From Gemmatimonadota bacterium (GTDB lineage: Bacteria; Latescibacterota; UBA2968; UBA8231), in assembly GCA_038153405.1 (NCBI GenBank), contig JAYOYH010000006.1, positions 47,894 to 111,893 on the forward strand: 64,000 nt of DNA, in the 5' to 3' direction. Position 1 is the stretch's first letter. Each line of letters begins with the position of its first letter. This document shows, one piece after another, positions 57,035 to 64,000 of the stretch. The translations under genes were made by a program, and so were the position numbers. The notes below the pieces were generated by a model. It was not told where the DNA came from. It saw only the letters and a list, made by a program, of their open reading frames with translations, and ran no database searches.

Positions 57035-58686
57035 CGACTATGGTGACTTCGGTAAGATGTTGGTCGATTTGTTTAGTGCTCTCCCTCGGTGCCCTGCCGC
57101 TGCGCGCGCAGCAACCGCAATTTGTCGATGTGACGCAGGAGGCTGGAATCGACTTCCACTATGTCAACGGTGCCAGTGGGAGCAAATACATGGCCGAAGC
57201 CGTCGGTTCGGGTGCGGCCTTTTTTGACGCGGACGGCGACGGTTTGCTTGATCTCTACGTAGTAAACGGCGCGGCGCTGCCGGGGTATACTGGTCCCACC
57301 GGCCCTAATCGGCACTATCGCAATCGCGGCGACGGCACTTTTGTCGACGACACGGCGCGCGCGCGGATTGGCGACGAGGGCTTTGGCATGGGTGCTGCTG
57401 TGGGTGACTACGACAACGACGGCGACCCAGACCTGTACTTGGCTAACTACGGCGCCAACGTATTGTACGACAACGACGGCAGCGGGGTCTTTGCCGACAT
57501 AACGGAGCAAACGAATACGGGCGATGCGGGGTGGGGCACGCATCCGGCGTTTGTCGACTACGACAACGACGGCGATGTCGATCTCTACGTCGCTAACTAC
57601 ATGCTGTTCGATCCGGCTGATAATAAGGGCTGTTTTGCTGGCGAAGCGCCGATCTACTGCGGACCCAACACCTATCCGGGACAGTCGGGCGTGCTGTATC
57701 GCAACGACGGCGCACGCACCTTTGTCGACGTGACGCAGAGCGCGGGTTTAGACGACGATAGCGGTAGGCAACTGGCCGCTGTGTTCGGCGACTACGACGG
57801 CGATGGCGATGCCGATTTATTCGTGGCCAACGACAAGCGTCCCAACTTCCTCTTTGTCAATCAGGGCGACGGCACCTTTGTCGAGGAGGGCGCCATTGCT
57901 GGGGTGGCTTACAACGAAGAGGGGCTGGCCGAATCGGCGATGGGAGCCGATTGGGGCGACTACGACAACGACGGTTTGCTCGACATTGTCGTAGCTACGT
58001 TTCAATGGCTGCCCAATACGCTCTACCGCAACGACGGCGATGGATTTTTTACCGATGTGACTTTTGCCGCTAATTTGGGTATTGCCAGCGTGCCGTTTCT
58101 CGGTATGACGGCGTCTTTTATCGACTATGATAACGATGGGTTCTTGGATGTATTCGTCAGCAATGGGCACCTCGACGAGAATGTCAGAGACTATGATCCG
58201 GCGACTACCTATGCGCAGTCTAACCAACTGTTTCACAACGACGGTCGGGGTGCGTTTGTCGACGTGAGCGCCACTAGCGGGGCCGGAATGCGCGTGGCCC
58301 GCGTCAGCCACGGCGCGATCATGGGGGATTACGACGACGACGGCGATGTCGATATCTTCGTGTCCGATTCAGACGGCCCATCGACGCTGTTGCGCAACGA
58401 TGGCGGCAATGCAAATCGCTATGTGAAGGTCCATGTCATCGGCACAGAGAGCAATCGCGAAGGCATTGGCGCACGCGTGCGCGCCGTATCCGGTTCGCTG
58501 GTACAGACGCGGGAAATTCGCCGCAGCTACGGTTATATGGGTTCGAATGCCGTGCAGTTGACGCTGGGCCTGGGACAGAATGCTGCGGTTGACACGTTGG
58601 AGGTGCGCTGGCCCAGCGGTCTGGTGCAGACGCTGCTCGACGTGCCGGCTAACCAGACCATCGTAGTCAAAGAGGGCGCGCGTTGA
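57031..58686 (+). CDS. CRTAC1-family protein (FG-GAP repeats plus ASPIC/UnbV)
   Basis: Signal peptide; many DYDNDGD.DL repeats; NREGIGARV...GLG...LEVRWPSG. Confidence 0.92.
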   Translation: MTTMVTSVRCWSICLVLSLGALPLRAQQPQFVDVTQEAGIDFHYVNGASGSKYMAEAVGSGAAFFDADGDGLLDLYVVNGAALPGYTGPTGPNRHYRNRGDGTFVDDTARARIGDEGFGMGAAVGDYDNDGDPDLYLANYGANVLYDNDGSGVFADITEQTNTGDAGWGTHPAFVDYDNDGDVDLYVANYMLFDPADNKGCFAGEAPIYCGPNTYPGQSGVLYRNDGARTFVDVTQSAGLDDDSGRQLAAVFGDYDGDGDADLFVANDKRPNFLFVNQGDGTFVEEGAIAGVAYNEEGLAESAMGADWGDYDNDGLLDIVVATFQWLPNTLYRNDGDGFFTDVTFAANLGIASVPFLGMTASFIDYDNDGFLDVFVSNGHLDENVRDYDPATTYAQSNQLFHNDGRGAFVDVSATSGAGMRVARVSHGAIMGDYDDDGDVDIFVSDSDGPSTLLRNDGGNANRYVKVHVIGTESNREGIGARVRAVSGSLVQTREIRRSYGYMGSNAVQLTLGLGQNAAVDTLEVRWPSGLVQTLLDVPANQTIVVKEGAR

Positions 58687-60917
58687 AGCGCTGGTTGCGC
58701 CGTTGCAGATCCGATTGCACCGGAACGTGCGCTGCGCTACTTGTCGCATTGGCCGCGCGCGCGTTGGCCGACGACGTTGCTGCGCCAGCAGACGCCGGTT
58801 CGCAGTGGATGGTCGACTATTTGCAACGAATTGCGCGCACGACGGATCCGGTTGTAGATATTTATATGAATCGCGCGCGCGCAGCGGGTATCAGCACGCT
58901 GTTGGGGCAGCCGATCAGCCCGATGAAGGAGCTGCAGCTGCGCGTTAAAATCGCCCAGGAACGGCTGCGCGGCGGGCAGACGCGCGCGGCCATAGAAATG
59001 TACCAGCAGGTATGGGACCAGATTGAAGAGCGCAGGTTGCCCGTGAAAGAAGACGTGCTGTGGATGCTGCGCGATAGGTTGGCCATAGCGAATCTGCGGC
59101 TGGCAGAGCCTGGGCGCCCCGCCGAAACGGAAGGCGTGCCGCCGCACAGCTGGATCTTTCCGATGCGGGACCACGTGCCGACCTATGCCGAGGGAGCGCG
59201 CAGGGCGGTCGAGTACTACGAGCAGAATCTGGAAAGTAAACCCGATGATTTGGCGACGCGTTGGTTGCTCAATATCGCCTACATGGCGCTGGGCGAGTAC
59301 CCGCAGGGCGTGCCGCTGGCCCATGTACTCGAGCCTACGGTATTTGCCGATACCTTCGCCATGGGCCGCTTTGCCGACGTGGCCCCGGCAGCCGGTGTGG
59401 CGCTGGTCGGTCATGCTGGCGGCAGCGTTATGGAAGATCTGGACGGCGACGGTCTGCTCGATATCGCCGCATCGTCGCGCGGCTTGCTCGACCAACTGCG
59501 CTTTTATCGCAACGAGGGCGATGGCACGTTTGCCGACTGGACGCAGCGGGCGGGACTCGTCGGTCTGTATGGCGGTCTCAATATGACACATGCCGACTAC
59601 GACAACGACGGCGATCGCGATTTGCTAGTGCTGCGCGGCGCTTGGCGCGGAGAGGCGGGATTGCATCCCAATTCGCTGCTGCAAAACGACGGCAGTGGGT
59701 GTTTTACCGACGTGACGCGCGCCGCGGGACTCTTTGCCCTACACCCGACCCACTCGGCCGCTTTTGGCGACTACGATGCAGACGGCTTGCTCGACCTATA
59801 CGTGGGCAATGAATCGAGCCCGTCGCCCAACCCCGCCCATCCCAATCAGCTCTATCGCAACGGCGGCGATGGGACCTTTGTCGACGTCGCACCCGCAGAG
59901 GGCGTCGATCGCGTTGGATTTGCCAAGGGGATTGCCTGGGGCGATTACGACAACGACGGTCAGATCGATCTATACATATCGCATCTGAACGGCGCTAATG
60001 CGCTCTATCACAACGGAGGCGGGCAAGCCCAGGGTCCGCGCTTTCGCGACGTCGCGCAGAGTGCGGGCGTGGCCGATCCCCACATTAGCTTTCCCACCTG
60101 GTTTTGGGACTACGATAACGACGGATGGCAGGACCTGCTGGTTGCTGGCTTTGATATGGCCGACCTGTCGGATATGGCGGCCGTGCACGTAGGACTACCC
60201 TTTGCCGCCGCGCACGTTCATCTCTATCGAAACAGAGGGGATGGCACCTTTGCCGATGTCTCTGAGAAGCAGCATCTCGATCGAGTTGTGCTGTCGATGG
60301 GGGCCAACTTCGGTGATATCGACAACGACGGCTATCCAGACGCCTACTTTGGAACGGGGATGCCCGATCTGCGCGCGCTCTTGCCCAACCGCATGCTGCG
60401 CAACGGCGAGGGCCAGGGTTTTGAAGACGTCACGGTTGGCGGCGGGTTCGGCTCTCTGCACAAAGGGCACGGGATTTCCTTCGGCGACGTGGATAACGAC
60501 GGCGATCAGGATATATATCAGGTGCTGGGTGCGGCCTTCGAAGGCGATGTCGCGCCCAATGTGCTCTATGAAAACCCGGGCAATGGAAACGGCTGGCTGA
60601 CGCTCTTTGTCGAGGGGGTCCACGCCAATCGGGACGCCCTCGGCGCGCGCGTGCGCGCGCGCGTGCGGAATGCGGCCGGCGCGGAGCGTGATCTGTTTGC
60701 CACCGTGGGCACGGGAGGCAGCTTTGGCTCTTCGTCACTTCGCCTCGAAATGGGACTAGGCGATGCTGCGGAGATCCTTTTTATCGAAGTGCGCTGGCCT
60801 AGTCATACCGAGGTGCAGCGCTTTGTGGGATTGACGCTCAACGGGGCCTACCGCTTGGTTGAAGGCGCGTCGTCGGCGCGACCAGTGGAGCAGTACGCTT
60901 ACGATATGTCGCCGTGA
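58683..60917 (+). CDS. CRTAC1-family protein with helical N-terminal extension
   Basis: RWLLNIAYMALGEYP; DYDNDG repeats; NRDALGARV...GLG...EVRWP. Confidence 0.9.
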   Translation: MKRWLRRCRSDCTGTCAALLVALAARALADDVAAPADAGSQWMVDYLQRIARTTDPVVDIYMNRARAAGISTLLGQPISPMKELQLRVKIAQERLRGGQTRAAIEMYQQVWDQIEERRLPVKEDVLWMLRDRLAIANLRLAEPGRPAETEGVPPHSWIFPMRDHVPTYAEGARRAVEYYEQNLESKPDDLATRWLLNIAYMALGEYPQGVPLAHVLEPTVFADTFAMGRFADVAPAAGVALVGHAGGSVMEDLDGDGLLDIAASSRGLLDQLRFYRNEGDGTFADWTQRAGLVGLYGGLNMTHADYDNDGDRDLLVLRGAWRGEAGLHPNSLLQNDGSGCFTDVTRAAGLFALHPTHSAAFGDYDADGLLDLYVGNESSPSPNPAHPNQLYRNGGDGTFVDVAPAEGVDRVGFAKGIAWGDYDNDGQIDLYISHLNGANALYHNGGGQAQGPRFRDVAQSAGVADPHISFPTWFWDYDNDGWQDLLVAGFDMADLSDMAAVHVGLPFAAAHVHLYRNRGDGTFADVSEKQHLDRVVLSMGANFGDIDNDGYPDAYFGTGMPDLRALLPNRMLRNGEGQGFEDVTVGGGFGSLHKGHGISFGDVDNDGDQDIYQVLGAAFEGDVAPNVLYENPGNGNGWLTLFVEGVHANRDALGARVRARVRNAAGAERDLFATVGTGGSFGSSSLRLEMGLGDAAEILFIEVRWPSHTEVQRFVGLTLNGAYRLVEGASSARPVEQYAYDMSP

Positions 60918-60976
60918 CGAGGGGGTTACTCGTCTGTCGTGCGACAAATTACGCACACCATCAGAGAATGAGGTCT

Positions 60977-62335
60977 ATGAGAATGTTTATTGCTGCGGCG
61001 TTAATGTGGGTTATGATCGCGTTAGCTTGCTCAGAACGCGCATTGGCTGACGAGCCGGTGCTCGTTGCGCGCATTGGCGACCGTACACTGTCGGTCCAGC
61101 AGTTTGAAGATATGGCCAGAGAGCTCAAACAGACGGGCTATAGCCGCGTTGCGCAATACAATGCCGAGGGCAAGCGCACCCTACTCGACGGCATAATTGC
61201 CCGCCAGCTCTTGATTATGGAAGGCGTGCGCAGAGGATACGATCGCGACTCGACTATTCAGGGGACCGTCGATAAGAGCGAGCGCAAGATGCTGATGATG
61301 GAGCTGTATGAGCGCCAAGCAGTTCAGCCATCATACCGCTTTACTGAAGACGAACTGCGCGCATTTTTTCACGAGTATCAATATGACGTGGAAGTGCTGA
61401 GCCAGCACATCGTCTGCACCAGTCAGGAGCGCGCGCTCGAGGTCTTAGCAGCGCTCAAGGCCGGTGCGGTTTTTGAATCGCTCGTCGGCACCTATTCGAC
61501 CCAGAATATTATCGCGCGCTTTGGTCCCAAGGGATGGGTGGGCTGGTTTAAGATCGGCGATGTGATGGAGCCGCTAAAAGAGCCGCTGAGCACCATGCCG
61601 ATTGGCAGCCTCTATCCCCAACCGGTGCTCACGGCTATGGGGTACCACGTATTTCGCCTGGCCGAACGCCGTTCCATTGAATTTTCGGCCGCGCGCGAGC
61701 TGATGGAAAAGCAGGCGCTCGTGCAGCGTCGCGCTGACGATATGGAGCGCTACGTGCATAGCTTGCGCGCCCGCTACCAGCTGCGCTGCGATGAAGAAGC
61801 GCTGGCCAAGTGGTCTGATGCGTCCGCGTATGACCGCACCCTGTGCACGTGGGAGGGCGGCGAACTGACGAAAGGTGATTATATGGATGCTGTCGCCGCC
61901 GGCAGTGCCCATGCGCCGGGTAGTAGCACCGGCGATATGCTGCTGCGAGACGCCGACAATTTATCCGGCAAGCAAATCATGCTGGCCGAAGCGCGTCTGC
62001 TGGGGCTCGATCGAGACGAGACAATTCGCAGCCGGATCGATGCCGAGCGCGACAAGCTGATCGTTGGCAAACTCTTTCGCACAGAAGTTACAAAGCGCAC
62101 GGCGCCGATATCAGACAGCGATGTGCGCGCCTTTTACGACGACCATATCGGCGACTTTACGCGCGAAGATGGCAAGGTGACGGAGTTCGAATTTTTGCGT
62201 GAAAGCATTCGCACCGCTATGCAAAACGACGCGCAAAACAAGGCGATGGACGAGCTTTTGAATGAGCTGAGACAGGTGTTTGAAGGGCAGGTGGAGATTT
62301 TTCCCGAGGGGCTCGATCTGGCATTTTCCGAGTGA
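60977..62335 (+). CDS. Secreted PpiC/SurA-like peptidylprolyl isomerase
   Basis: Signal peptide; LVARIG, SQHIV..ERALEV..LKAG..FE.L, PVLT.MGYHVF; alternative start 60914. Confidence 0.8.
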   Translation: MRMFIAAALMWVMIALACSERALADEPVLVARIGDRTLSVQQFEDMARELKQTGYSRVAQYNAEGKRTLLDGIIARQLLIMEGVRRGYDRDSTIQGTVDKSERKMLMMELYERQAVQPSYRFTEDELRAFFHEYQYDVEVLSQHIVCTSQERALEVLAALKAGAVFESLVGTYSTQNIIARFGPKGWVGWFKIGDVMEPLKEPLSTMPIGSLYPQPVLTAMGYHVFRLAERRSIEFSAARELMEKQALVQRRADDMERYVHSLRARYQLRCDEEALAKWSDASAYDRTLCTWEGGELTKGDYMDAVAAGSAHAPGSSTGDMLLRDADNLSGKQIMLAEARLLGLDRDETIRSRIDAERDKLIVGKLFRTEVTKRTAPISDSDVRAFYDDHIGDFTREDGKVTEFEFLRESIRTAMQNDAQNKAMDELLNELRQVFEGQVEIFPEGLDLAFSE

Positions 62336-62347
62336 ACAGAAAGTCGA

Positions 62348-62395
62348 TTAAACGCAGATGGCCGCCGGACTGTTCCGGCGGCCATCTGCGTTTAA
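62348..62395. terminator. Perfect 22-bp hairpin between convergent genes
   Basis: TTAAACGCAGATGGCCGCCGGA-CTGT-TCCGGCGGCCATCTGCGTTTAA. Confidence 0.75.
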
Positions 62396-62401
62396 AGTCG
62401 A

Positions 62402-64000
62402 TTAACGCTCGGTGCCCAATCCCGCGTATACGCTGATAAAGGAGAAGAATTCCGACGCCGCCGGCGCTTCGTCGAAATTGCTGTGAATCCAGCGCACGCC
62501 GACGTTGGAGGTCAGCGAGTAGCCCAAGTATGCCGAGCTGTTGGCCACCTGAGCGGCTAGGATCCACGTCTTGCCGTCGAGCAAGTAGCCGGAGGGCAGG
62601 GGATCGGGCTTATTGCGCAAGTTGTTGAATATCTCGTATTCGCTGCCGGCAATAAAGCGCATGTTCTTATTGATGGGGCGCACGGCCTGCAGCGACAGGA
62701 TTTGCGTCAATTCGCGCTGCTTTAGGCTGCCGCGCTGCGCTGGCGTGCGGTCGCTGTATATTTGCTTCCAGCGCGGAATGAGCGTCCAGCTTTTAACGTC
62801 GGTAGCGTATTCGCCCTTGGTAACCACGCCGAAGAAGCGCTGGTCGCGCAGACCGTCGGGTGCCGAACCAAGTTGGTCGTAAAACTCGTGCTTGATTTTG
62901 GCCGTCAGCGGCAGGTAGCGATCGTAGTGCACTTCCAAATAGGTCGTATTGATAAACGCATCGCGCGCGGCGAGAATATCGCGGGTAAAAATCGAGCGTC
63001 CGAACGTGCCCGGCAGGTCTTTCCACAGCAGCACGTCGTCGGGTATATCGTCCTGCACCTTGCGCGGGTTGACGACCATCCACACGCTCAGATCGCGCTC
63101 CGGGTATTCTTTCTTCGCGGTGAGCAGCAGATACGCCGACTGGTTTTCACGCGAAGTCTTTAGCAAGCGTTGGTCCAGATAGCCGACCATGAGCGTGGTG
63201 CGGGGAACGATTTCGACGGTGGCATAGGCATTGTATCCCCTGCGGCCCAACTTATAGGGGTAATCCGCTTCTTCGTCGTCTTCAAAGCGGTCGATGACGC
63301 CGTTGTTGTTCATATCCAAGCCGAAGAGAAAATCCGGCGACTCGACTTCAAAACGCAGAAAGGGTTCGTCGTAGTCGGGCTGCGAATTGAAGTTGCGGTT
63401 GAAATCGGATATGTCGTCGTTGTCTTCGTCGATGCCCGGAAAGACGGCCACGTCGGAGTACAGGCCTTGTCCTTGGCGCGTATTAACGCGCGTGCCGTAC
63501 GAGCGTCGCGTCCAGTCTGGCAGTTCGTCTTGGTCGTCGTTATCGTCGACAAATTCGTAGATGTGGCGCTGTTCGTTGTCGTAGAATACCTGACCCTCGG
63601 CATTGGGCATAAAGGCGCGGGTGCTGTAGTCTGGATCAATGCTGAACAATTCGCCGAAAATCGTCCACGGATAGCTGCGCTTCTGCGCCGTCAGGTAAAA
63701 GGCGTCGGCTTTGTTGGTGGCCCGCTTCTGATCGCGCGGAAAGTTTTCGTTGGGAAAGCGTCGATACTGGAAGTTGCGCACGAATTCGCCCTTGATATCG
63801 AGACCGCCTACGTCGGCTATGGACAGGTCGAATCCCAGCATGCGCGTGGCGGTAGGCAAACCGTAACTGAAGCGGTGAAAGGTCTGGTTGGATCCGTCTT
63901 TCACATTGCCCGAGGCACGCAGCACCGGCAGGTAGACGGGTGTGCCGAGGTTATTCGTCTGCTTATTGGACGTTATGTCTACGCGGTAGTCGTTGGCCAG
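62402..64000 (-). CDS. Large hypothetical protein, C-terminal part only; possible outer-membrane beta-barrel with Ca-binding loops
   Basis: Frame stays open past 63925 to the window edge (LANDYRVDITSN...); DDNDDQD, DEDNDDISD and DMNNNGVID motifs; amphipathic strands ending FISVYAGL. Confidence 0.75.
   Translation of the reverse strand: MANDYRVDITSNKQTNNLGTPVYLPVLRASGNVKDGSNQTFHRFSYGLPTATRMLGFDLSIADVGGLDIKGEFVRNFQYRRFPNENFPRDQKRATNKADAFYLTAQKRSYPWTIFGELFSIDPDYSTRAFMPNAEGQVFYDNEQRHIYEFVDDNDDQDELPDWTRRSYGTRVNTRQGQGLYSDVAVFPGIDEDNDDISDFNRNFNSQPDYDEPFLRFEVESPDFLFGLDMNNNGVIDRFEDDEEADYPYKLGRRGYNAYATVEIVPRTTLMVGYLDQRLLKTSRENQSAYLLLTAKKEYPERDLSVWMVVNPRKVQDDIPDDVLLWKDLPGTFGRSIFTRDILAARDAFINTTYLEVHYDRYLPLTAKIKHEFYDQLGSAPDGLRDQRFFGVVTKGEYATDVKSWTLIPRWKQIYSDRTPAQRGSLKQRELTQILSLQAVRPINKNMRFIAGSEYEIFNNLRNKPDPLPSGYLLDGKTWILAAQVANSSAYLGYSLTSNVGVRWIHSNFDEAPAASEFFSFISVYAGLGTER

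Noticed and set aside
1..64000. Prophage, IS elements, integrases, defence systems, tRNA or rRNA
   Set aside because: No such protein motifs or RNA signatures recognised; the many short overlapping ORFs are expected in high-GC DNA

Overview
A GC-rich (about 60% by eye) bacterial chromosomal segment, densely coding (about 48 CDS), with no rRNA, tRNA, CRISPR or transposase recognised. The many TPR, FG-GAP/ASPIC-UnbV and BNR proteins and the class I LysRS suggest an uncultured FCB-group lineage such as Latescibacterota; this is inference only. Left part (1-17.6 kb): lipoproteins, TPR proteins, infA, class I lysS, DUF72, yhbY, fxsA, comEC, a GNAT, an SDR and a two-subunit Mo-oxidoreductase. Centre (17.6-45.7 kb): PilZ plus NtrC-type sigma54 activator, an 11-subunit complex I-like operon lacking nuoEFG, an alternative sigma70 factor, pckA, an NMO/FabK-family flavoprotein, cspA, usp-PFOR-DHOD-like, a cNMP-binding protein, a thioredoxin and a FixL-type heme-PAS hybrid kinase. 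Right part: sialidase-like protein, sahR-ahcY with its operator, a 7TM hybrid kinase, an FG-GAP protein and a TPR-CRTAC1-CRTAC1-PPIase operon. The main observation is in the central intergenic DNA: five -24/-12 sigma54 promoters, each near an 18-bp palindrome (about TGNGNCA-N4-TGTCYCA), present as pairs 30-31 bp apart at three loci. This points to a locally encoded sigma54 regulon, probably for low oxygen, linking PFOR to an N-module-less complex I and to a second sigma factor. The motifs are seen directly; the regulatory wiring is inferred.
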